Shown here one piece after another: positions 53,699 through 63,925 of a stretch of DNA of 64,000 nt. Made by a program: the position numbers and the translations under genes. Every line of letters begins with the position of its first letter. The first letter of the stretch is position 1. The DNA is taken from assembly GCA_964291315.2 (NCBI GenBank), contig OZ219753.1, positions 768,001-832,000 on the forward strand. Reading direction: 5' to 3'. Source of the stretch: Candidatus Poribacteria bacterium (GTDB taxonomy: Bacteria > Poribacteria > WGA-4E > WGA-3G). The notes beneath the pieces are model-generated. The model searched no databases. It saw only the letters and a list, made by a program, of their open reading frames with translations, and was not told the origin of the DNA.

Positions 53699-54052
53699 TT
53701 TGTCTCCTTCGTCTATTCATATGTCTCATATGTGTGGAAAATTTCTTTTTACTTGCGTACTGGTTGGCTGTACCAGATACTACGATTTAAGTGAGTTTGA
53801 TAGTTATTTGGTAGATCTTTGGATAAAGCGAGATCTTGCACAGTCGAGCAGGTTGTGCTACAAAAGAGCCGTCTCTAAATCTTTTCCAAACTCGCGTTAC
53901 AATTATAACATATTCTGCAGTAGTTTACCAGATAAAGAAAAAACGTTAGGTGCCTAGGCGCTATTTCTGATTGGACATTCCGCTAAAATTGTGGTAGACT
54001 TAAGGATAATGAGAATTAAAACTGCTCTGTGGGAGGTTGAAAGAGATAGACT

Positions 54053-55489
54053 ATGGATGGAAAAGAACAGCTTGTTGTTGAGCTCTCCACGCTTTTGGGT
54101 TGTGAAAATGTTCTCACAGATGCGACTGCGCTATCGGTGTATGAATGTGATGCTGCGCCCTCCTTTAAGGCGGTGCCGGATGTTGTTGTCTTTGTAGATA
54201 CAGCGGCTCAGGTATCGGATGTGGTAAAGTTGGCGAATAGGTACGGTGTGCCGTTCGTTGCTCGCGGTGGCGGTACTGGTTTAAGTGGCGGCATGCTCTC
54301 TATTCGAGGTGGTATTATTATTGCCTTGAATCGTATGGATCGTATCTTAGAGATAGATATTGAAAACGAACAGGCGGTGGTTGAGCCTGGGGTTGTTAAT
54401 CTATTGCTGACCCAATCGGTTCAGAGCGATGGTTATCATTATGCGCCGGATCCGTCGAGTCAGCAGGCGTGTACGATTGGTGGCAATATTGCGGAGAATT
54501 CTGGTGGTCCGCATACCTTGAAGTACGGTGTCACGTCTGATCATGTGCTTGGTCTAGAGGTAGTTTTACCGGATGGCGAGATTATTGAGCTGGGTGGTAG
54601 TGTTGAGGAGGTTCTCGGTTATGATCTTCGTGGGGTGATGATCGGTTCGGAGGGTACTTTTGGGATAGTGACTAAAGCGGTGGTTCGTCTCACTCGTAAT
54701 CCGGAGGCGTATCAGACTGCTCTTGCGGTTTTTGAAAGGATGGATGATGCTTCAAATGCGGTGTCGACAATTATTGGTGCGGGTATTATTCCTGCGGCGC
54801 TTGAGATGATGGATCGTCTGGTGATTCGTGCTTTGGAAGAAGCTTTCCATTTTGGTTTTCCGCTTGATGCTGAGGCTATTTTGATTGTGGAACTCGACGG
54901 TATTGATGCGGGCATGCAAAAGCAAGCGGATCGGATTTTGCAGATATTCGGGCAGCATAATGCGCGGGATGTGAGTTATGCGAAAGATGAGTTGGAGCGT
55001 CAGGAGCTTTGGAAGGCTCGGAAAAGTGCGTTTGGTTCGTTCGGGCGGCTTGCTCCGAACTATATCACTCAAGATGGGGTTGTTCCGAGGACGACGCTGC
55101 CGAAGGTGTTGCGGCGTATCTCCGAGATCTCTGAGAAATATCAGATTCCGATTGCCAATGTGTTCCATGCTGGTGATGGTAACATCCACCCGATTGTTCT
55201 GTTCAACGAACGCGATGCGGATCAGTGTGAGCGTGTAGAGCTGGTCAATAAGGAGATCTTGATGGTATGTGCTGAAGTTGGTGGAACAATTACTGGTGAA
55301 CACGGTGTTGGTGTTGAGAAGATGGATTATATGCCGTTAATTTTTAGTGCTGCGGATTTGCAGGTGATGGCGACAGTGAAGGGCATTTTTGACTCCAAGG
55401 GTCTCTGTAATCCGGGGAAGATTTTCCCGACTGCTGAATCTTATGAGAAGCTAGGTGTGCAGTCTGATGTAAGCTGTGTTGCTTCTTGA
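54053..55489 (+). CDS. glcD: Glycolate oxidase subunit GlcD (FAD-linked)
   Basis: ARGGGTGLSGG, PDPSSQ.ACTIGGN.AENSGG, HAGDGNIHP, GEHGVG. Confidence 0.88.
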   Translation: MDGKEQLVVELSTLLGCENVLTDATALSVYECDAAPSFKAVPDVVVFVDTAAQVSDVVKLANRYGVPFVARGGGTGLSGGMLSIRGGIIIALNRMDRILEIDIENEQAVVEPGVVNLLLTQSVQSDGYHYAPDPSSQQACTIGGNIAENSGGPHTLKYGVTSDHVLGLEVVLPDGEIIELGGSVEEVLGYDLRGVMIGSEGTFGIVTKAVVRLTRNPEAYQTALAVFERMDDASNAVSTIIGAGIIPAALEMMDRLVIRALEEAFHFGFPLDAEAILIVELDGIDAGMQKQADRILQIFGQHNARDVSYAKDELERQELWKARKSAFGSFGRLAPNYITQDGVVPRTTLPKVLRRISEISEKYQIPIANVFHAGDGNIHPIVLFNERDADQCERVELVNKEILMVCAEVGGTITGEHGVGVEKMDYMPLIFSAADLQVMATVKGIFDSKGLCNPGKIFPTAESYEKLGVQSDVSCVAS

Positions 55490-55573
55490 GTATCATGCCG
55501 GTTTTTGTAGGTGTTTGCGGTCCGTGGCGTTCACAGAAAATTATTGCGCACTAATGAGAGAAAAAGAGAACAG

Positions 55574-56926
55574 ATGGGAAATTCATGTACTTTGCACGAT
55601 GAGCTTAGAGAGATTGTTGGGGGTTCAGGCCTCCTTTCAGATGGGTCATGTGGTTCTTATGTTGTTGATGGATACAGACCGAGGGCGGTGATCTCGCCAA
55701 CATGTGTCCGAGAAATACAAGCGGTGCTTCGCTTTGCTGCAAAACGGGGGCTTTCGGTTATTCCTGCGGGGTCGGGCACGAAGCTTGGTATCGGCAACCT
55801 TCCGCGGAGAGTGGATGTGGTTCTGACGACGGCGCGTCTGAATAGTGTTGTTGAGTATGAACCTGCGGATCTGACTGTGACTGTAGAGGCAGGTATTCGT
55901 TTGCGGGAGCTGCAAACGGTGTTAGGGCGACATCGGCAGTTTTTGGCTATGAATCCGCCTTATGCGGAACACTGTACGCTTGGTGGGATTGTGGCATCAA
56001 ATGCAAGTGGTTTCCTCCGCCTGCGATATGGAACTGCGCGAAGCCAGGTGCTGGGGATGCGGGTTGTTCAGGCGGACGGGACTGTTGTAAAAAGTGGTGG
56101 GAAAGTGGTAAAGAATGTTGCTGGGTATGATCTTAACAAACTTTATATAGGTGCCTACGGAACGTTGGGCATTATTACTGAAGTCTCGCTCAAATTGTCG
56201 CCTATACCGGCACAGCAGGCGATACTCAAAGCAGTGTTTCGAGATATTCGCTCTGCAGTCAGCACAGGTTTAGCGATTGTTCGCTCTCAGATCTTACCGA
56301 TGTTTGTAAATTTGTTTATTAATTTCGATCCGATGTGTGCGCAAACGGAGTGTCTCGGATCAGAGAGACCGGATAACAGAAGGTTCATGTTGTTAGCTGG
56401 GTTTGGCGGGGATTCTGAGGCTGTATCGTGGCAGTTGGCGCGAAGTCAGGAGATTTTGGAACAAAACGGTGCAATAGGTGTAACAACTGTAGCGGGTGTA
56501 TCGCAACGCCGTCTTCAAGAGGGTATTCAGGAATTCCCTGCAAATGACGTGGAGACTGGGCCTGTAATTGTGAAGATACACTTGAAACGGACTGATATGG
56601 CTGCGTTTTCTGATCAGATTATGGGTGCGAGTTGGGCTGCGGCTGTGCAAGTGATGGGTTTACTTGGGAGCGGTGTATTGTATCTCAGAATAGCTTCGGT
56701 AACAGAAACTGATTGGCAGGATCTTGCGGATGTGCTAACTCGTCTGCGTCAGGCTGCCTTGAGGTTAGAAGGGAATCTGATCATAGAGACGGCGCCGCCT
56801 GAGCTCAAACGGCTTATTGACGTTTGGGGGCCAGTCGGAGACACACTTCATTTAATGAAACAGGTTAAAGCTAAATTCGATGTGGATGGTTTGCTGAGTC
56901 CGGGGAGGTTCATTGCGAGTATTTAG
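55574..56926 (+). CDS. glcE: Glycolate oxidase subunit GlcE (FAD-binding)
   Basis: EYEPADLTVTVEAG, TLGG, GGKVVKNVAGYDL; follows glcD. Confidence 0.82.
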   Translation: MGNSCTLHDELREIVGGSGLLSDGSCGSYVVDGYRPRAVISPTCVREIQAVLRFAAKRGLSVIPAGSGTKLGIGNLPRRVDVVLTTARLNSVVEYEPADLTVTVEAGIRLRELQTVLGRHRQFLAMNPPYAEHCTLGGIVASNASGFLRLRYGTARSQVLGMRVVQADGTVVKSGGKVVKNVAGYDLNKLYIGAYGTLGIITEVSLKLSPIPAQQAILKAVFRDIRSAVSTGLAIVRSQILPMFVNLFINFDPMCAQTECLGSERPDNRRFMLLAGFGGDSEAVSWQLARSQEILEQNGAIGVTTVAGVSQRRLQEGIQEFPANDVETGPVIVKIHLKRTDMAAFSDQIMGASWAAAVQVMGLLGSGVLYLRIASVTETDWQDLADVLTRLRQAALRLEGNLIIETAPPELKRLIDVWGPVGDTLHLMKQVKAKFDVDGLLSPGRFIASI

Positions 56927-57093
56927 ATTCTGTTTCGCTCACTAGAATACCGTGGCGGACTTTTCTGCGCTTCATGGGGAGCTTCACAACTACTCACCTC
57001 GGAAAAATCGGGCAGGCAATAGTGCAGATGTCTTAAGATATAAGATGGCGTGTGACATAATTGCAAGCCTATATTGCAAGAGGGGTATATAAT

Positions 57094-58761
57094 ATGAGAA
57101 AGAAGAGAGGGAGGGTTTTGTGGATTGATAGTGAGGTTTCTAATGCTGGGGGCTCAAACGCTGAGGCGGGAGCTCGGTATTCTGAAGAGCAGGTAGATAT
57201 AAGGTTAGAACCTTATCTTTCCTTTTTAGCGTCTGAGGGTTACGATGTGTCGGTAGCAAATGGGGTTCCATGCGGCATTAAGTTGCTCAAGGATGGGACG
57301 TATGATGCTGCGTTGTTGCATTATGGTGGGTCGGCGCGAGAGGAGAATCTACTTGCGCATATCCGAAACTTAGATGCGCATATTCCTATTCTACTTTTAA
57401 CGTGTGAAGAGGGGGATGAAGTAAGAGGAGAGGCGATTTTTCATGGTGTTACCAACATCTTTATGATGCCGGCGGGTCGGGTGGATGAGTCTTTAGAGAA
57501 GATATTGTGCAAACAATTGGGGGCTTCTCTCGCTTTTCTGACTGAAAAGCAGGCGGTGCGCGAGGCGTATGTGCCTCGGGCTTATGTCCAGAATTTCAAT
57601 AGCGGGTACCACTCGGATCCAACGATGCTAAAACCTAACTACGGCAGCAGTTGGCAAGGGTGGATTGATACTTATCTTGATCTCATCAAGTGGGATCTAC
57701 AGCTTGACACGCTGCGTAACGTAGATGAGCTGAAAGTCATTCATGCGATGCGAAAAGAGGAGGCGAACGCTGCGTTTGCCGATTATATTCAAGACAACTA
57801 CGGTAAGTGGTTTGCGAGTGAAGAATCGCCTATCTTATCGGTGGATGTGGTTTATAGGTATGTAATCCCTGAGATTCAAGCTGGGAAACAGGTGTTGTTT
57901 GTTGTAATGGATTGCATGCGCTTGGATCAGTGGTTGAAGATTGAGCCACTGCTTTACCCGATGTTTGAGATAACGACGCACTATTACTATTCGATTCTAC
58001 CGACGGCGACTCGTTATGCGCGAAATGCGATTTTTAGTGGTTTGTTTCCGCTTGAGTTGGCTGATCGGTATCCGCATCTATATGCGGAGCCGGACAAAGT
58101 GCATACGAGCATCAATCGGCATGAGAAAGAGTTGATGCGTTTGCAGCTTGAGCGTCATGGTATTGCGTTGAAGCCGCCGATGCATTATTTTAAGATTTTT
58201 GACACGCAGGGGGAGGAGCAATATTTACAGTGGCTGAGTATGGCTAACCGGATTAGCTTGGAGGCGATTGTTGTTGATTTATTGGATATGCTGACTCACA
58301 CCCGTTATGAGGCGGATTTACTTCGGCAGTTGATTCCGGATGAGGCGGCCTTCCGGACGCTTGTGCATGCGTGGTTTCAGCATTCTTGGGTGTATAAGAT
58401 ATTGAAAATGGTAGCGGATCGCGGCATAACGGTAGTTTTAACGTCAGATCATGGTTCTATCCTCTGTCAGAATGCGGCGAAGATATCGAGTCAAACTGCC
58501 TTGACTAACGGGTTACGGTTTAAGGAGGGGAAGCGTATGGTCTGTGATCCTGATGCGGGTTACCTCATAAGGGATCCGGAGACGCATCGTCTGCCGGGTA
58601 GTGCGGCGGGGAAGAGCTATGTTATCGCTAAAGAGGACTACTATTTTGTTTATGAAAGACAGTTTGATATTTACAAAGATCTCTTCTATGGTAGTTTCCA
58701 ACATGGTGGCATTTCGCTTGAAGAGATGATTCTCCCGTGTGTTGTGCTTGAACCGAGATAA
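57094..58761 (+). CDS. PorX-like protein: degenerate receiver domain plus PglZ (alkaline phosphatase fold) domain
   Basis: VMDCMRLDQW, SILPTATRYARNAIFSG, TSDHG, FQHGGISLEEM. Confidence 0.85.
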   Translation: MRKKRGRVLWIDSEVSNAGGSNAEAGARYSEEQVDIRLEPYLSFLASEGYDVSVANGVPCGIKLLKDGTYDAALLHYGGSAREENLLAHIRNLDAHIPILLLTCEEGDEVRGEAIFHGVTNIFMMPAGRVDESLEKILCKQLGASLAFLTEKQAVREAYVPRAYVQNFNSGYHSDPTMLKPNYGSSWQGWIDTYLDLIKWDLQLDTLRNVDELKVIHAMRKEEANAAFADYIQDNYGKWFASEESPILSVDVVYRYVIPEIQAGKQVLFVVMDCMRLDQWLKIEPLLYPMFEITTHYYYSILPTATRYARNAIFSGLFPLELADRYPHLYAEPDKVHTSINRHEKELMRLQLERHGIALKPPMHYFKIFDTQGEEQYLQWLSMANRISLEAIVVDLLDMLTHTRYEADLLRQLIPDEAAFRTLVHAWFQHSWVYKILKMVADRGITVVLTSDHGSILCQNAAKISSQTALTNGLRFKEGKRMVCDPDAGYLIRDPETHRLPGSAAGKSYVIAKEDYYFVYERQFDIYKDLFYGSFQHGGISLEEMILPCVVLEPR

Positions 58762-58778
58762 TAGAGGGTTGCTGGTGT

Positions 58779-60629
58779 ATGTTAAGAAATTTTAGACTGC
58801 ATAGATCACTTTTCGGTTTGCTGCTAATGTTCATTGTGATAGTGTTTCCGAGTTGCGTCTTTGCACAGCTGGCAGACTTCGGTTTTCCTGAAAAGCGCTC
58901 TGTGGAGAAACTTTCTGCGAGAGGTTACTTGTCGGTTGACAAAGTGCATCCAGGGAGTCAATTCCAAATTGCGGTTGTTGTGGAGATTAGTGAAGGGTGG
59001 CATGTCAACGCGAATCCGGCGGGTGAAGGGCTTATTGCTACTGAAGTAATTCTTCCGGATACTCCATATCTCACGTTTGAGGAGGCAGTGTATCCGGTAG
59101 GCGAAGTGTTAAAACTGGGTTCAATCGGAGAGGCTCCGGTCTACCATGATACCGTTACTATTGGCATTCAAGTCGATTCGAGTCGGGATGTACCCATTGA
59201 ACCGATAGTATTGGACGTGCAGTTGCGTTATCAAGCTTGCAACGACGATCAGTGTCTGCTTCCTGAGACGCTTGCTATTGCTATCCCGGTTGAAATTGTG
59301 GGTATGACGGGGACGGTTCGGCCGATCAACAAAGCGGTTTTCGCCGGCATTGAGTTTGGAGCTGCGTCTGCGTCAGGTAGCGGTGGTGGCACCCTTGCAC
59401 GTGCACTTTCTGGCGGGCAGGTATGGTTGGCGTTTCTGCTTGTGTTTGTTGGCGGCATTTTGACGAGTCTGACCCCGTGCGTCTATCCACTTATCCCGAT
59501 CACTGTCTCTATTTTTGGTGCGAACGAGTCTACGGGACTTTTCAAATCTTTCCTACTTTCCTTTGTATATGTGCTGGGCATCGTTATCACGTATTCGATT
59601 TTAGGAGTAGCGGTGGCGTCAACGGGTGCGGTTTTTGGTCAGATCATGGCGAATCCCTGGGTTGTGGGATTTATCAGTTTGATTCTGGTGTCCTTAGGTC
59701 TGTCCATGTTCGGTGTATTTGAAATTCGGTTGCCGTATGCGGTGCAGAACCGTCTGAACGCCGTTGGTGGTACGGGATTCGCTGGTGCGTTTGCTATGGG
59801 AACGGTTGCGGGCGTGATTGCTGCGCCGTGTACGGGTCCTGCGTTGGCGGTTGTGCTGACGTATATTGCAACGACGGGCAGCTTGTTTCTCGGTTTCTGG
59901 CTTATGTTCACGTATGCTTTCGGGATGGGTCTTCTGTTTATCGGGATTGGCACTTTCTCGGGTCTGCTGGCTGCGTTGCCGCGTTCTGGTGGCTGGATGT
60001 ATGTGTTAGAAAATGTTTTCGGTATTGCTATCATTACGATGGCGCTTTACTTCCTCAAAGATACTTTTCCGCCGTTGCAAGCGTTTCTTCAGAATTCGTT
60101 GCCGTTTTTCGTGGTTGCCGGGGGTTTACTGCTGGTTGGGGTGTGGCTCGGTAAGTTGACAGATCGCTTCAGGGGCATCCCGCGCCGTATGCAAGTCCAA
60201 AAAGCGTGTGGTCTCCTGTTGGCTATTTTCGGTGTCTATATGTTTGTTGGCGGTATTCAGGAGCCTGCGGGTCCTCATCTGGACTGGGTGTATGATGAAT
60301 CGGAGGGGTTTGAAATTGCGAAACGCGAGGGCAAGAGGGTAATGCTCGATTTCTACGCGTCGTGGTGTGCTGCTTGTAAGGAACTCGATCACAAGACTTT
60401 TGCTGATCCTGCTGTGGCGGAGAGGCTTGCTGACTATGTTAATGTTAAGCTTGACTTCACGCGTAGTTCTGAAGTTACTGAGGCTTTGACGGAGAAATAT
60501 CAAATTCCTGGGTTGCCGGTGGTTATTTTCATGGAGGCTGAAGGTAAGGTTCTGAAGCGATTGACAGGTTTTGTTGGGCCAGAGGAGATGTTGGGCATTC
60601 TTAACGAGATTGAGGGCGGGGCGTTATAG
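58779..60629 (+). CDS. dsbD: Protein-disulfide reductase DsbD
   Basis: QAC..QC in the N-domain, TPCV and APC in the TM domain, WCAAC thioredoxin motif. Confidence 0.9.
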   Translation: MLRNFRLHRSLFGLLLMFIVIVFPSCVFAQLADFGFPEKRSVEKLSARGYLSVDKVHPGSQFQIAVVVEISEGWHVNANPAGEGLIATEVILPDTPYLTFEEAVYPVGEVLKLGSIGEAPVYHDTVTIGIQVDSSRDVPIEPIVLDVQLRYQACNDDQCLLPETLAIAIPVEIVGMTGTVRPINKAVFAGIEFGAASASGSGGGTLARALSGGQVWLAFLLVFVGGILTSLTPCVYPLIPITVSIFGANESTGLFKSFLLSFVYVLGIVITYSILGVAVASTGAVFGQIMANPWVVGFISLILVSLGLSMFGVFEIRLPYAVQNRLNAVGGTGFAGAFAMGTVAGVIAAPCTGPALAVVLTYIATTGSLFLGFWLMFTYAFGMGLLFIGIGTFSGLLAALPRSGGWMYVLENVFGIAIITMALYFLKDTFPPLQAFLQNSLPFFVVAGGLLLVGVWLGKLTDRFRGIPRRMQVQKACGLLLAIFGVYMFVGGIQEPAGPHLDWVYDESEGFEIAKREGKRVMLDFYASWCAACKELDHKTFADPAVAERLADYVNVKLDFTRSSEVTEALTEKYQIPGLPVVIFMEAEGKVLKRLTGFVGPEEMLGILNEIEGGAL

Positions 60630-60645
60630 TATGCGGGGAGTTGAC

Positions 60646-61761
60646 ATGTCGTTTGATGTAAGATCTTTACTTTCCTTACGGAGTTGGCTGTTTTATGCGG
60701 AAGTGTTGGCGGTCCTTGGTTTTATTGTGCTTGCTGTTTTCTATATTCGGGGTGGGAGTGCGGAGTCTGAGGTGCCGGCTGTGGGTCAGATTTCCACTAT
60801 CATTGAGAGGGCGGATGCGCTTTTTGCGAAACAAGATCTTGCGGATGCTGCTCTGTTTTATTGGGAAGGTTTGCGAGCCTTAGAGGCGCTCGGGGATGCA
60901 GATAGTTTTTCGGTAGATGGTACGTCTTGGTCAACTGCGGAAGCGCGTCTGCATGCGAATCTGCGTATTGCGGAGATCTATTCACACAGTAATTGGTTGA
61001 AAGATGCGAAAGCGCGTTTGGAGCATGCTGCCCGCATTGATCCGGAACATAGCGGTGTTCGGCTTCTGCGCGGTAAATTGTTTCGAGATGAGGGCTTACT
61101 CAGTGAGGCGACAGAGGAATTTCTTAAAGTGCTGGATCATGATGCGTATCATGCGGAGGCACACTATCTGCTGGGTGTGCTCTATCAGGGTAGCCAGCAG
61201 CTGAAATCGGCTGCTGAATACTATAGGAGGGCTATCCAAAACGATCCGGAGTTGAGAGAGGTTTCCTCCGAAAAAGCGGCGATCGGTATTCTTGCTCGGC
61301 TTCAGCTATCTAGGACATATGCGAAGATGCTTCAGGCGTATCAGTTTCTCGATCGAGAATTTACCGATGCGGATCTGGTTGAGATTAGACGGCTTGAGTC
61401 GGAGTCAGTCCGTTTGCTGGAAGAGGCGCATGAGAAGCGTCCGGAGATGGACGAAGTGGTGAACGATCTGATTCGCTTGTTGTTCACTCGTGCAAGTGCG
61501 CTTGAACGGCTGGATATTGGGACGCGTCAGTACGCGGATGCGCTCCTGGTTTATGAACGGATTGTGGAGCTTGATCCAGAAGAGGTTCGGGCTCTGGAGC
61601 GGATGGGTGAGATTTATGCTAGTTTCCTTGGTGATAAGGCGGCAGCATTGGAGATGTACCGGAAGGTGTATGAGCTTGAGCCGCATCCGACTGTTTTAGC
61701 GAATGTCAAGTCGCTTGAGGAGGATGTTGCGGCTGAGCAGCGAGCTGCGGGAAATGAATAG
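60646..61761 (+). CDS. Membrane-anchored TPR protein
   Basis: N-terminal TM helix; AEAHYLLGVLY..Y..AI..DP-type TPRs; GGGGAG RBS. Confidence 0.82.
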   Translation: MSFDVRSLLSLRSWLFYAEVLAVLGFIVLAVFYIRGGSAESEVPAVGQISTIIERADALFAKQDLADAALFYWEGLRALEALGDADSFSVDGTSWSTAEARLHANLRIAEIYSHSNWLKDAKARLEHAARIDPEHSGVRLLRGKLFRDEGLLSEATEEFLKVLDHDAYHAEAHYLLGVLYQGSQQLKSAAEYYRRAIQNDPELREVSSEKAAIGILARLQLSRTYAKMLQAYQFLDREFTDADLVEIRRLESESVRLLEEAHEKRPEMDEVVNDLIRLLFTRASALERLDIGTRQYADALLVYERIVELDPEEVRALERMGEIYASFLGDKAAALEMYRKVYELEPHPTVLANVKSLEEDVAAEQRAAGNE

Positions 61762-61823
61762 TGGCTTGATTGTGGTTCGTTTGGCTTTAGATAGCGTGTT
61801 GAGGGTCGGATTATTAAACAAGG

Positions 61824-61895
61824 AGCCGATGAGAGGATTTGAACCTCCGACCTACTGATTACGAATCAGTTGCTCTTCCACTGAGCTACACCGGC
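61824..61895 (-). tRNA. tRNA-Thr(CGT)
   Basis: GCCGGTGTAGCTCAGTGG...ACTGA TT CGT AA TCAGT...GGTTCAAATCC...CATCGGCT; CCA not fully encoded. Confidence 0.95.
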
Positions 61896-61929
61896 TTAGC
61901 AAGGTATTAGAGTTGGAGAGAAAGAAAAA

Positions 61930-62002
<73 letters not shown>

Positions 62003-62015
62003 ATTAGGTTATATA

Positions 62016-62044
62016 ATAATAGCACAAAAGAGTGCTGTTGTCAA
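62016..62044 (-). promoter_or_regulatory. Sigma70-type promoter of the tRNA-Phe/tRNA-Thr pair
   Basis: TTGACA-N17-TATTAT, 13 nt upstream of tRNA-Phe. Confidence 0.75.
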
Positions 62045-62068
62045 GTTTTTTTCGAAAAACGTTTCGAT

Positions 62069-63925
62069 TTATTTTGGTGCGGGCTGTGTCAGGTCCCAGA
62101 GCAGCACTGTTCCATCCATACTGCCGCTTGCGAGCGTTTGTCCGTCGGGGCTAAACGCCACACTCTCGATCCACCCCGTATGTCCGGTGAATGTGCGGAG
62201 ATGTCTTCCTGTTGAAAAATCCCACAGCCGCACGGTGTTATCCCAACTGCCGCTTGCGAGTGTTTGTCCATCTGGGCTAAACGCCACGCTACCGACCGAC
62301 CCCGTATGTCCGGTGAGTGTGCGGAGATGTCTTCCTGTTGAAAAATCCCACAGTCGCCCGGTGTTATCAGAGCTACCACTTGCGAGTGTTTGCCCATCTG
62401 GGCTAAACGCTACGCTCTCGACTGAATCCGTATGTCCGGTGAGTGTGCGGAGATGCTCACCTGTCGTAGTGTTCCACAGCTGCAAGTTACCAAGACCGGC
62501 ACTCGCGAGTGTCTGCCCATTAGCACTGAAGGCTACGCTCTCGACCGACCTCGTATGTCCGGTGAGTGTACGGAGGTGCCTTCCCGTTGAGACCTCCCAC
62601 AGCCGCACGGTGTTATCCCAACTGCCACTTGCGAGTGTTTGCCCATCTGGGCTAAACGCTACGCTACTGACCCAATGCGTATGTTCTGCGATAGTGCGGA
62701 GGTGCCTTCCCGTTGAGACCTCCCACAGCCGCACGGTGTTATCCCAACTGCCGCTTGCGAGTGTTTGTCCATCTGGGCTAAACGCTACGCTACCGACAAA
62801 ATCCACATGTCCAATGAATGTGCGGAGTTGCTGCCCAGTTGTAGCGTTCCAGAGCCGGAGAGTAGTATCCGTACTGGCAGTTGTGAGTGTTTGCCCATCT
62901 GGGCTAAACACTACACTATTGACAACGCTCATATGTTCTGCGAGCGTGCGGAGGTACCGCCCTGTTGCGACCTCCCACAGGCGCACGGTGTCATATACAC
63001 TGGCAGTTGTGAGTGTTTGCCCATCTGGACTAAACGCTACGCCTACGACTGCCTCCATATCTCCAGCGAGCGTGCGGAGAGGCTGTCCTGTTGAAACGTC
63101 CCATAGGCGCACGGTTTTATCAAGACTACCAGTTGTGAGTGTTTGTCCATCTGGACTAAACGCTATGCTACTGACAAAATCCGTATGTCCTATGAGTGTT
63201 TGGATATTTTCACCTGTTGTGGCATTCCACAGGCGCACGGTGTTATCAGAGCCGCCACTTGCGAGCGTCTGTCCATCTGGACTAAACGCTACGCCTACGA
63301 CTCCTTCCATATCTCCATCCAGTGTTTGGATATTTCTCCCTGTTGAGACCTCCCACAGGCGCACAGTGTCATCATCACTGGCAGTTGTGAGTGTTTGTCC
63401 GCCCGGGCTAAATGCCACGCTATTGACAGACCCTGTATGTCCGGTGAGTGTGCGGAGATGCTCACCTGTTTTACTGTTCCAGAGCCGGAGAGTAGTATCC
63501 TTACTGGCAGTTGCGAGCGTTTGTCCATCTGGACTGAAGATTACGGTATAGACCGAACTCGTATGTCCGGTGATCGTGTGAAGGTGCTCACCTGTTGTAC
63601 TGTTCCATAGACGGACAGTCTTATCAGAGCCGCCACTCGCCAGTGTCTGCCCATTGGGACTGAAGGCTACGGTATAGACAGCACCCTTGTGTCCTGTGAT
63701 CAGGTCAAGTTCTTCGCCTGTATTTATGTCATAGAGCCAGATACCGATAGTGCTCACAACCGCTAAGCGGCTGCCGTCCGGAGAATAGGCAACTTCTCCT
63801 ATCGAGCCTTTGCCGAGGCGTCTCTTCGCACCTTCGGGCAGACCCTGTTGCGTCAAATCATCTTGTGCTGCACATGCAAAGATCACAGCTCCTATCGCAA
63901 TGAATGAAAAAAATCTGTTTCTCAT
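62069..63925 (-). CDS. Secreted WD40-repeat protein (14 repeats)
   Basis: AAAGGAG RBS, signal peptide, LPEGAKRRLGKG, then ~126-bp GH..V..VAFSPDGQTLAS.S.D.TVRLW repeats. Confidence 0.93.
   Translation of the reverse strand: MRNRFFSFIAIGAVIFACAAQDDLTQQGLPEGAKRRLGKGSIGEVAYSPDGSRLAVVSTIGIWLYDINTGEELDLITGHKGAVYTVAFSPNGQTLASGGSDKTVRLWNSTTGEHLHTITGHTSSVYTVIFSPDGQTLATASKDTTLRLWNSKTGEHLRTLTGHTGSVNSVAFSPGGQTLTTASDDDTVRLWEVSTGRNIQTLDGDMEGVVGVAFSPDGQTLASGGSDNTVRLWNATTGENIQTLIGHTDFVSSIAFSPDGQTLTTGSLDKTVRLWDVSTGQPLRTLAGDMEAVVGVAFSPDGQTLTTASVYDTVRLWEVATGRYLRTLAEHMSVVNSVVFSPDGQTLTTASTDTTLRLWNATTGQQLRTFIGHVDFVGSVAFSPDGQTLASGSWDNTVRLWEVSTGRHLRTIAEHTHWVSSVAFSPDGQTLASGSWDNTVRLWEVSTGRHLRTLTGHTRSVESVAFSANGQTLASAGLGNLQLWNTTTGEHLRTLTGHTDSVESVAFSPDGQTLASGSSDNTGRLWDFSTGRHLRTLTGHTGSVGSVAFSPDGQTLASGSWDNTVRLWDFSTGRHLRTFTGHTGWIESVAFSPDGQTLASGSMDGTVLLWDLTQPAPK

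Noticed and set aside
62187-63551. 454-aa antisense ORF, and a CRISPR-like reading of the repeats
   Set aside because: The ORF is a shadow of the repetitive WD40 gene; the repeats are coding, lack unique spacers, and no cas genes are present.
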